Under the pieces are notes generated by a model. That model worked only from the letters and a program-made list of their open reading frames with translations, was not told where the DNA came from and did not search any database. The translations under genes and the position numbers were made by a program. A stretch of 64,000 nt of DNA from Blasia pusilla (lineage: Eukaryota): contig CM114271.1 of the NCBI GenBank assembly GCA_050084515.1, positions 38,378,001 to 38,442,000 on the forward strand, written 5' to 3'. Below, one piece after another: positions 1 through 11,345 of the stretch (positions are counted from its first letter, which is position 1; each line of letters opens with the position of its first letter).

Positions 1-739
1 TCTCTCTCTCTCGCCTGGAGCGCTGAATTTAGAGTTCGTTTTTAGGGGATGAGGAGCGGTGGGATGTGCATTTGGATGGAGACAACGGCTGTGACTGATT
101 GGAATTACCACGATTGGAGTTCCAGAACGCCTTCAAGAGCCGGCCCTCGAGGTCTGCGATTGCGTGGCAAGACAGAATCGGGTTGAGGTTGCTCTACTCT
201 CACGTCGGTGCGTGAAAGCTAGAGCGCATCACCTGCAACGAACGAAGGACCTCTTAGATTCTCGGCGATGGTGGCGGTTTGTCCAGTTCAACTGTTGCAG
301 TCTTTGCAAATCGAGTCTCCTGTCGCTTTGGGATCCCCGCACACTGTAAATCACTTCAGTCATTCATTTCATCCACTCTCTCTTTGTCTATTTGTCTATG
401 CCCATATGCAGGAGCGAAGCGTTTGGAGGAGTTGATTATAAGAATGAGATTATGAAGAATCTTTGAATATTGGAAGGAATGAGAGATAGTGGAGCTGTTG
501 CGACTGTCAGTCAGCGAACGAGTGGCGCCTTCATTCTGATTGTGAGCGGAAGGCGATCGGTAAACGAGGAGCCGTCGGTTGATTGCTCGACTGTGCGAGG
601 GTTCGATTCAGGAGATGGGCGTGCCGGTGGCGAGCGGAGGCTGCACAGAGACGCGATGGTGTTCGGCGGAGCGGGGCTCGTGGAATTTTCGAGGCTGAAG
701 CCCGAGACCTTCGCAGGCGGAGGCTGAAGCGCCGTGCCA

Positions 740-1510
740 GAGCGAGAGAGCGAGCTTGATGAATAGGAATGGGAGAGAGAGCTCGAGGAAGAGCAATCGG
801 AGTGAAGAAGTGGGAGAGAGAGGAAGAGGAAGAGGATCCGGAGGGAAGAATTGGGACAGAGAGCTCGAGGCAGAGGAGTCGGAGCGAAGAATTGCGGGAG
901 AGATCTCGAGGAGGAGGAATCGGAGCGAAGAATCGTGACAGCGCTTGAGGCAGAGGAATCGGAGGGGAGAATCGGGAGAGAGCCAGAGGAAGAGGAATCG
1001 GGAGAGAGAGCTTCAGGAAGAGGAAGAGGAAGGAAGAGGAATCGGAGGGAAGAAACGGGAGAGAGAGCTTCAGGCAGAGGAAGAAGAATTGGGAGAGAGA
1101 GCTCGAGGAAGAGCCCGAAGAATCGGAGCAGAAGACGTGGCGAGCCAGCCTGAGACGTAGGAATCGCCGATGACGAATCCACGCGCGATCTCGAGGCAGA
1201 AGAATCGAAGTCGTAGCATCAACGCGCGAGCTTGAAGAATCGCAGCCGAATCGAGGAGCGAGCCCGAGGAATCGGATAACAAGAACCAAGCAGCGACCTC
1301 TCGGCATCGCCATCGGAGCCGCAGTACCCAGCAGCGACCTCTCAGAATCGGCATCGGAGACGCAGCAGCGAGGCAGCGAGCTCTCGGGATCGTCGTCCGA
1401 GCAGCAGAACCCAGCAGCGCGCTGTCGGAATCGGAATCGGAGCAGCAGAAGCGAGCGGCGAGCTCCCGGAATCGCATTCCGAGGAGCTGATCCGAGCCGC
1501 AGCAGCGGAA
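740..1510. repeat. Degenerate ~39-42 bp minisatellite immediately upstream of the CFAP52 start codon
   Basis: Recurrent motifs gctcgagg(c/a)agag and aatcgga(g/a). Distal anchors at 781, 863, 904, 943, 982; proximal cagcga(c/g)ctctc anchors at 1291, 1332, 1374, 1415, 1456 (spacings 41, 42, 41, 41). Confidence 0.8.
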
Positions 1511-1532
1511 GGACTATCTCCGGGCTCTAACG

Positions 1533-4500
1533 ATGGCGCTGCGGCCGCTGCCGTTGGATTCGTGCATCGGGTTCGCGGGAACGGTCCCCGGCGGCCTGCT
1601 TCTGAGTCCCGACCGGAGCACGCTCATCTATCCCCTCGGCACTACCATCGTGCTGCGCAGCCGAGTAAGCGCCACGTCATCGTCTCATCGCGGGTCCCAA
1701 GGCTTTGGTTTCCCTCATTTCCCGGTCGTTGCGAAGGACGGGCTTTCTCCAGTATTTCATCAAACTATCGATTTGCAATCACTCCTTTTCGCTGCGTAAA
1801 TAAATAAATAAACTTCCACCCAACACTTCAATTCTTTAATAAAAAGTAGTAAGGTATAAAAAGTTGATCCAATGGAAGAATGTAATGAGAGAGAGTAAAG
1901 TGAATGGGTAAACATTTCTTTTCTATTGGTTGCGTATCTAGTCTCAATCGTCGATACCACTGTCGACAGCATGGTATGTAAAATAAGACAAAGTAGTAGA
2001 TGAGTAAGATCAGATTTAATACATTTATTATTTTGGAGTGACCTTCGAGATTCCACAGTTTTTTGGGGTAGAATTGTAGGGGAAAGTGGTTGCTTTTGGG
2101 TTTAGATTAAATATATTTGGTATCTTCCAAGAAAGTGGAAGGATGAAAATTGCTTGAAGTGAGAAATGGGGTGGTCATTAGGGGCGCATAGATTTTCCAA
2201 GAGTGTAGAGTCTTTTCACACCCCACAGGGTCTAATTGGTAATTTCCAAAGACGTATCCTTTTTTTCATGTTTTGCAAAGAAATTGTGTTTTCCGAGTCT
2301 TTTTCCGCTAGTGGGAGCGGAAATTCTTACTTATGACTGCTTGGTATTACAAAGAATGCCGGTTCTAGGCGCCCGCAGGTGGCGAGAAGGTAACTACTTC
2401 TCATAGTGAAGGTTGTTTGAAAATCATGTAAATATTTGGGGATGAGAGGGAGGAGTGGGATGTTTAGGAAGGGTTTGAAATCCTCTTTCTTTTTAATCAA
2501 AAATTGAAAAACCCTTCTAGTGCATAATACTTGGCACACTTACTAGAAAAATCAAAATTTGGTGGCCTCATTAAATTTTTTTCAATGTCTCCAAAAAATT
2601 GGAGTTGGGACTCATTGGATGTAATCTTTAATCTAGGAAAATTATTAAAAGTTCAATATGTATTTCCTTTTTCATCTATATAAATCAAAGAAGATAGTTG
2701 ACTTCATGGTGATATAACTCATTTCTTAAGGGAAAATACTTGCATCCCTAATTTATTATTTGAGAACCTATGATTATTTAAAATAGTAGAAAGAGCGGAA
2801 GTCCTGAAATTAATTTTTTTTGAAAAATAAAATAAAATAATGGAAAAAATATGTAGGAATGTTCCCAATTCTCCTTCATGTGCATTATCTTTCCTATTTA
2901 AATTAATTTTTCTTGTTGCATGGTTAAGACAAAAGAAGAGTTAATTTTTTTAAAATTTTAGTATGGAAGGAAAATTGAGTAATATTTTGGGAAAAATAAT
3001 AAAAAGTAATGAGAAAATGGTGGGACAAGAATTACTCTTAGAAATGAAAAAAATTGTTTTAAAGCTTGATTTGGAGGAAAAATGAGTGATTTTATTTTCT
3101 TCATTGAGAAATGGGGTTGGAAAAGGAGAAATTTTTTTCCCTATTAATAGAGGAAAAGACATGAAGTTTTTTTTTCCATAGGGGAAATCCCTGTGCTATT
3201 TTTATGTCAGTTTTTATGACCCATGGCTTCACATTTTCATTCTCCATAAGTTGGGTCTTTTTATCTTAATTTTTTTACACCTCTAATAGTTAACATGATG
3301 AGTCATCCAGACAAAACCCAAAACCAACATAATCATACAATAAATTTCAATTCAGATAAGACCAACCAAGCATGGAATGCATTTTTTACAAAATTTATTA
3401 TGAATGAAACTAAACGGATTTTTCGAATGCACGAGTTGGATACAATATAGGTTTTAAGTAACGATATGAATGAAAATACTTTTTTTTCTTGGTAGTACGA
3501 GTTGGATGCAATATGAGTTTTAAGTAGTGGACTATTTGAAAGTAGCGTTCTAAGCGTCCTCAAAAATATAAGATCTCACATTAATTCTTGTTCACATGCC
3601 CCAAATTCCGAAAATTACGTAGATGGCGCCACTTAGCTCCATTTTATCCACATGGTTACGTCATGATTTTTACCAGTGTATATCTATTTTATTATTGACT
3701 ACGTGTATACTTGGTACATAAAAAAGATCAAATTATCATATAAAGCTAACTTAAAAAAAAGGAAAGACTTGAATTGAAACGAAAGAGATATTGATGACTT
3801 TTTGGGGATTGTAGAGAGGGCCACTGTTGCCCTCATGTGACATTTGTTGACGTGACATAGGGTTCTTGATTTTTACTCCCATGGGACAGGTTGCTCATGT
3901 GGAAGGGGAGGGTCTTTCCATGTGACTTATTCATCACTCTTTCAGCTCTTCTGGTCAAATCTCATGCAGGCCATTTCCTTTTTTTCTTCTATTTAAAAAA
4001 TTTAGATGCGTCCTCTCCTCACTCATGTTACTATCGTGATGGCTTCTTCTTCAAAAAGAATGGAAAGTTATGGGGGCTTCTTGAGGTCCACAGCTCATCA
4101 AGTCATCCTTACCAAACCATCGAAACTGAGCAAGTTCGAAGCGATCCCTGTTTGTGGATGTGCCTCTGGTTGCTTGCTCGTTGAATGAATTATATGAAAT
4201 TGAGCGGCTGGAGGTCAGTGGGTGTCAGACGAAATGAATTTATATATTCTTCATTCTCAAGGTGGGGAAGAAAATAATATACATGTGGGTGCTGCATATG
4301 TGGTGGTTTCCTGATTTGAAAGGGAACAAGCTCCGAATTCATCACAGGATCGTTGAACGCGGTGACTGTTCTCCATGGATTCATGAGTTCTTCACTGTCG
4401 AGCTCGGTGGTACTGCATTTTGGGTGATCCATAGAAGTCTTATGTTCACTCGAACGTGTGACAAGATACTTCTTCTTGCGTCTTCAATCTTCTTGCAACC

Positions 4501-5785
4501 CACTTTGCTCTTTATGAGTTTTCCAAGGTGTACCTGTTTTGTAGTTCGGATGTTGAATGGTGGTGCTAAGTTGAAAATCCAACCTCTGTGAAGGTTCCAC
4601 TCTCCTTGAGGCTTAGTTGAAAATCAAATCTCTCTGAAGGTCACACTCTCCTCGAGTTGAAAAAAGTTCAGTGCAATTTCTGCTTGTCCATCCGGATTTG
4701 CGAGTGGAAAGTGAGTTGAAACTGTGTGTAGGGAGAGCCGGGTGGTGCTCATGAGGCTATGGAGTGTCCAGGGGCAACTCGTACTGATGTAGTTTTTGCT
4801 CTTTGCAGGGCAACTTGAGATCACAGGAGTTTCTGCAAGGTCACTCCAACAGAGTGTCCGTTGTAGCTTGCTCCAAAAGCGGCAAATATTTGGCCAGTGG
4901 CCAGGTCCTTTTCATCACCCTCCTCTTCCACTCCCATGTGGTGGCATGATTCTCAGCTTGTGTCTTATAGCCAGTCTCAAGGGGCTGCCTCTATCGCCTG
5001 CGCAGGACGAGCAAACGATCACAGTACAAGGCATGTACAGTGATCTGTACTGCCTTCACAGCTGAATTCTGTAGTGTTTCTGTACTCATCAGAAAAGGTG
5101 GACTGCCACCAATTACTAGTGTGAAGGCTTGTCCGTCACTCAGATCGCTACTGTATCAGGAGGTGTGTTTCACTGCAGTACTCTCATTTTGTATCTGTGG
5201 TGGTGAGATTCTCCAGATATCACACCAAGGTTTTCACGCATGCATTATAATTTGGGACTTACCTGGACGCAAGGTGCTTCACAAAATGAACCTTCACAAG
5301 GTATGTGCTATGGAGGAATTAGCTGATCTCTCGGGTTGTTGAGTACAATTCTATCTTGTTACCTCGATTCCAGAGACCTAAGTGCTGTAAATGGTCCATT
5401 ACGAGCTTGTGTTTCCTGTCCAAAGCAATCGAACAGGGGAGAGGTTGAAACTCGAGACTTGTTGGTCGATACAGGTGAAAGTTCAGGCTCTGGATTTCTC
5501 CTATGATGATGAGTATCTGATATCAACGGGTGGACAAGATGACTGTAAGATGGTTGCGTGGAAGGTAGAAACTGGGATTGCAATTTGTGGCAGCCCCACA
5601 CCCCTGGACTATGCGGTGGCTGTGAAGTTTTTGAATCACGACAACACCAGGCTGGTCACTTGTGGCGACCACAAGCTGATTGTTTGGGATTTGGATGTTC
5701 CGAATCGGAAGCTGGAGCCCAATGTCTGTGATGTGGGACGCTTCAGGCGCATCCATTCATCGCTGGTACAAGCTAAGAACCTCTG

Positions 5786-5819
<34 letters not shown>

Positions 5820-8800
5820 GCGGCTTGCCATGCTTCTGTCCATCACTGCGTACTGTCATCGTAAAGCTCACTGGCCGGAATGGAAAAGTACGAGGGTAGC
5901 AGTAAGCGTTTGTGAAAGATCTGAGCAGGCTGGCAATGACACCTCTAGCCCCTTCACTGATCCTTGACTTGTTTGACTACTATCAAGGTCGTTAAACTTG
6001 CGCTTTGCGGTACACTTCGCTTCAGTACTTACTAAGCCAATGGAGCTAAAGGATTACTTGGATGGTAGGTGATTGATGCGAAAGATGAGTTCATGTATGT
6101 GGCAACTCACACAGGGGACGTGTTGCGAGTACGTTCTGCCTCCCTCCTAGTTCCTGCTCCAAGAATAAATCACTTCATTCGTTCCTCGGAGAAAGCTGCT
6201 TTTGATCTTTTGCAAGTTTCAGTCTTCTGATCCACCCAGCTAGATTCATAGGCTCTGCACATTTTTTCAAAATGCTGTGGGTGCTCTCTCCTTCAGAAGT
6301 TACTTGCGATATGAAAAACAAGACAATCTGCAGAGTGACCACGGATGCTGCCTATGAGCTCCATAATAAATACAGCTGATCCTATACGAGGCTTCCTGGG
6401 ACTGCTGGCGGGTTCACTCAGTGGACGTCAAATGCTAAGCTGACAGCCTGCTGGTCTGGTTTGGATGGTGTAGGTAAGCCTTGGGCCAAAGCTGTTCCGC
6501 AATGGGGGTCCAACAAAAATAATTCAGCAGGGAGTCATGTCATTATGTGCGACGCACCAGGGAGATCTGCTGGCAGGTGGGGGTGACGGAACAATCACCC
6601 TACTCCGATCCGAGACCCTGAAAATTGCGTGCAGTTGCAGGGTGGTGGGTGCCATATCATCCGTGGTGCTCGCTGAAACTGGACCCGGGAACTCCTTCGA
6701 TTTCTACGTGGGGACCGCAGCTAGCAATATGTATCTTGTTAGGTCAGACTCAGTACATCGATGAGATCTTCTCAACATTGTGTGGATGAACGTCATAGAC
6801 ATGTTTGGTCACTTGAGAGCTGCTCTGCTAGAAACTCCTACATTTCCTTGAACCTAGATCTGTTTGTCGGTTACTTCAATTTCGTTGCAGTCACCTAGGG
6901 TGCTTGCAAGAGTGTTCACTCCTCTCTCCTGAATGACTCCTTGCTTGCGCTGAGTCCTTAACATGTTCCCAGTGATGTTAGCCAGTTAAGTATAAATATC
7001 AATAAAGCTCCACTGTGACTTCCATGCACGTATCGGTCTCCAGATATGATGGGAAGAAACGAGTGATGCTACCTCCACAGCTGCTACAGACCTGCCACTT
7101 CAACAGAATCAACGACATTGCCTTCCCAGCAGGATACAGTGATGTATTTGCAACGGCCTCAAGCAATGACGTTCGTGTCTGGGATCTCAAGAATCTTAAA
7201 GAACTACTTCGCATTCAGGTCTCCTCTAAATATTCTTCCTTCTTGCAAAGTAAGCCAGACATATCAAACAAACACAGTTGCAATCTGAGTACTTTAAAGC
7301 TCTGCACTGTCAAAAGCAACCAAGAATTCAGAATTCCACGAAATTATAAACCTCACAGCCACGAAGAAGTGGCACAACCAAAACGATATGCTGAGAGTTC
7401 TGGCTGCAGACCATGGGGGTATACTCCAAAATGTAAGGGGGTCCTGTGGTTGCTTGCGAGACTCCCGGCTTAAAAAGTCATTGCCTGCTGGTTCGTTCCT
7501 GGTGATGGCCCACTTACGAGACTTCTGTTGATTCCTCAGGTTCCAAACATATGTTGTGATTATAAAGACGCTGCAAACCAAGAATGTTTGTGTGTGGCCT
7601 TCATGCCAGACGGGAAGTCCATCATCAGTGGTTGGGCCGATGGCAAAATCCGAGCTTTCGGACCTCAGACCGGCAAACTTCTGTACACGATTGTCGATGC
7701 ACACTCCGTTGCTGGTGGCCCTAATGTATTGGCCTTATCCTCTCGCCCCATTTTGTCACAACAGAAATCCACGAGTGGAAATGCAGTATGGTAATTTGGA
7801 AGTTGCAATATTGGCCAGGTCTGCAACGAGAGCACTCAAGGAAACCCTCGAGAGAGATCAAGAGACTTTCGTACTCTAGATCCTGAAAAAGCTATACATC
7901 AGATCGTCAAAAAAGAAGATGGTTGAGGTCATTGTAGAAAGATGTCATGCGGCATCATCCAGTCCAGGCTTTTCACGGATTATAGTATGCCCTGTCATTT
8001 TTGAAGCAAGCAAGTCATATCAGTCCTCCAAAGAAACGCATAAGAGATGTTAAGGTAGAGGTGTTACCCACACCCCCGATATTTAGTTCTGCTCGCATGT
8101 CCCCATATGTTCTGATGGAGAGCTGGGCGGCCTGTACTTCCGTAAAGTTGAGGTTTCTTCAACCCACAACTCAGATTTACGAGTGTCCAAAGCCTCTCTA
8201 AAGTCGTAGCCAACATCCAGCTTCGTCATATCACCCCACAATCTACATATGTTGGGATTTTGAGCGGGTCTGGGTGATGCAGAAAGCAATTCAAGGAGTG
8301 ACTGCGATATGCCCAACATCGGATAGTTGCCGTATTGTTAGTGGCGGTATCGAAGGCAAAGTAAGTAGTGTGCATGTCTCACCCTCCTCTAGCACAGGTT
8401 GCAAGACAAAGGGACTTGAAAACTCATGTCACTGATTGACATCATCTTGAATGGTGTAATTCTTCCCGAAGACTACTCTTGGAAACTTGTTTCTTGTTCA
8501 GCTCAGGCGGATGGAGACTCCCCAAAGTGTATCCAGTCGTAAGGAAATTCCATACTTGAGAGACAGGAGTGATTTCTTAACAACCATTAGATCTGCTGTT
8601 AGACAGCAGATCTAATGGTTGTTAAGAAATCACTCCTGTCATATGGAACCCTTCCTTTGGTTCTTCTTTGGCTTTCAAAGTCGGGCTTGTGGACACTGAG
8701 GTGGTAGTTTCGTTGTCGTAGGTGCGTATTTGGAGAATTGGAAACCAAAGTCACTCCATGATTGCTTCTATGAAGGAGCACAGGGGCGCTGTTAGCTCTG

Positions 8801-11345
8801 TTCAGGTACCATTCCTGAACAAGCTGTACGAGACCTTGATCGAGCCCTAAAAGCACACCATCAGTCTACCAAGTATTCCCATGGTTGCCGGTAATTGATT
8901 TTCCAAAAAACTCTCGGTCCTCTAGTAATTGATGATGGCCATATGTGGGCATTGGCAGGTGCGCAAGAACGACAGTGAGTGTATAAGTTCCAGCAGCGAC
9001 GGGAACTGTATTATTTGGGATATGACTGTAAGTGCCTCACTTTCTCTCTGGTGTTACGATCATATCAGGAATATGACACTAAATCCAACGACTAGCACGA
9101 TGAGACTACTTCTATACTTAGGCTGGACTAGTATTGGGATGGGTAACCTTCTAATGCTCCGTCCAACTTTTGGAGTCTATGGAATCAAGACTGTGGCAGG
9201 GACTGCTTGACTAGTCCATTAACTCTCCATTATCAAGGGCACTCGTTAATAGCCACTTCCCTTTGTTTCGTAAAATACAACGTCCTAGCAGTCCTTCAAC
9301 GCAACCGGATCAACTAATCAATGACATCCACTCCTCCAAAGGACGACTCCGTGCGGCATCCAGGGGCTGTTGACCCTGCATTACACTAATCCTCCATATA
9401 GTGCTTTGACACTTGTAGTCTTCGACACAGTGTGCTGCAAGCTTCATAAACATGCAGTGTGGCTCAGAGCTGCTGAGGTTTTGAATGGGTCATGTCAGTC
9501 CACTGTACATGCCGATTGCACACAAATTGTGGACCAGGACTGCGGATTTGGACTTTTGATTATGTCCTCTCTTGGTCTAGTTTGCAAACTCTTGTGTCTG
9601 CATCGAGAATAGATAGGCCCGGACATCAAAACATATTGTTAGTTATCATCACCCGCAACGTCCTTAAGAGGCTGACCAAATTGCATGGGCAACATGCGAC
9701 AGAGGCTTGCGAGAAATAACAGCATGGGAGCATCGACGTTCTTCAAGGCTGCCTTGTACCACCCAGATGAGAGCCAGATCGTCACTACTGGAACTGATCG
9801 CAAGGTAAGTAACGTCTCTGTATCCCCTCCTTACCTCTACTGCCTCAAGAGATCAAGTGCACCCTTGATCTCTTGAGATGAACTGGATTCCTACTGTTGC
9901 TGAATGTCATGGATTCCATAAGCAACAATTTCCGAGTTCCTGATCTACTTTCAGCACTACTAGCAGACAAGACCACCAAGTTTCAGATTCCGAACAACCT
10001 CCCTGAAAGTAGATCATGAACTCGGAAAGTGTTGCTTATGGAATCCATGACATTCAGCAACAGTAGGAATCCAGTTCATCTGTGCTGAAAGTAAATCCCA
10101 GTACTGCAACATTGATTGCCCCATCAAGATATCAGCTTTTGTCTAAAATATTCTGTTGTCATATGATTTTCCTATGTTGTGCTCAGTAAGAAAAGGAACA
10201 GGTAAGATAGGCGGATGGGACGAGCCCCACCAAAGAAGTGGTGAAACAGTTTCAATGAGTAAAAACTAACCCTGGCAAGAAAGCACGGTCTTCAACCAGA
10301 AATTGTCTCTTAAATCATACTTCTGAGGCATTCAAAACTCTCGCGCAGCACACTTGACATATATATGAGTCTTTGTCTACGGTGGGTGGTGATGGAAATC
10401 GCAGATCACATGGTGGGATGCCTACGATTGCCAAGCTATCCGGATATTAGATGGTTCGCTCACGTCCGAAGTTTATTCGATAGACATAAGTCCAGATGGC
10501 GCCGGTATGGTGAGTGGAGGAGTCGATCGAGAGGTGAAGCTATGGAACTACGATGAGGGCCACAACTACTTTGTTGGACTTGGACACAGTGAGCCTATCA
10601 CCAAGGTAAACAATACGAAATCCTCCTGAAGAGGCTTCCATGAACAGAAAGTAATCTGTGTCAGGAATCGCAAGAGGGACCTGTCAGTACGAATCGAAGG
10701 AATTATTGTCAGCGACGCTATTACTCAAAAAGAAAAAATGAAAGTTCAAATAGCAAAAGAGCTTAAAATACTGTTCAATGATATTTTCTTAGATATGTCT
10801 TACATCCTCTGCTGACGATATTTGCCCCCAAATACGTCAAATTTCTAAAAAAGCCCATTGAATGCGTGCGTACTTTCCTTGGCGTTAACATCAGCTTGGC
10901 TTCGAAATCAATCACTGTGTATGTTTTATATTATGGTGAAATCGCTTTGAATTTAAAGTCAAGTCCCTTGGTTGGGAATGATGAAGAAATGTAGAGTAGC
11001 GTAAACGCAGAGCATGGCCTAGGGATGGAGACTGCCATGAAACGTCAGTTTGAGATGCATATTGTTAACATGAAGTATGTGTGACCACGGACTGGTAACG
11101 TGCAGGTGAGGATCAGCCCAGATCAGCAGAAGATTGTGTCGGTTGGAGAAGAGGGAGCCATTTTGATATGGGATTATAGGAAGCCAGTATCAAACTCTCC
11201 TCCAGAGGGTACACAGAAAGAAAAGGGAGACAATTCTCCCGGCAGCCCTAGCTCACCATCTGATGCAAACTCACCAAATCCACCTAATTCTCCCAAGTCA
11301 TCAGCTGCTGCATCAGCACCTCTTGCATGTTCTCGCGGCCTGTAA
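1533..11345 (+). CDS. CFAP52: Cilia- and flagella-associated protein 52 (WDR16), WD40-repeat microtubule inner protein; 14 coding exons, 688 aa
   Basis: GT-AG exons that join in one frame: 1533-1664, 4809-4904, 5217-5300, 5475-5765, 6069-6128, 6474-6742, 7044-7218, 7540-7725, 8283-8360, 8722-8805, 8959-9027, 9703-9804, 10405-10605, 11106-11345 (2067 nt with stop). Family-typical peptides: IGFAGTVPGGL..IYPLG, QEFLQGHS..YLASGQ, STGGQDD, DGKSIISGWADGKIRAFGPQTGKL, YHPDESQIVTTGTDRKI, VKLWNYDEG, VSVGEEGAILIWDY. In-frame upstream stop at 1488-1490 fixes the ATG. The exon 8 donor (7725) is the least certain boundary. Confidence 0.93.
8562..8640. repeat. Perfect 38-bp inverted repeat with 3-nt loop in CFAP52 intron 9
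   Basis: 8562-8599 gacaggagtgatttcttaacaaccattagatctgctgt, loop tag, 8603-8640 exact reverse complement. Confidence 0.95.
9844..10081. repeat. 14-bp hairpin abutting a 79-bp inverted repeat in CFAP52 intron 12
   Basis: ctcaagagatcaag/cttgatctcttgag at 9844-9877. Arms 9876-9954 and 10003-10081 pair at 77/79 positions around a 48-nt loop. Confidence 0.93.

Noticed and set aside
511-1477. Long minus-strand ORFs (223, 260, 135 aa) and E/R-rich plus-strand ORFs
   Set aside because: They overlap a purine-skewed minisatellite that keeps several frames open; the repeat period is mostly not a multiple of 3 and no domain is recognisable.
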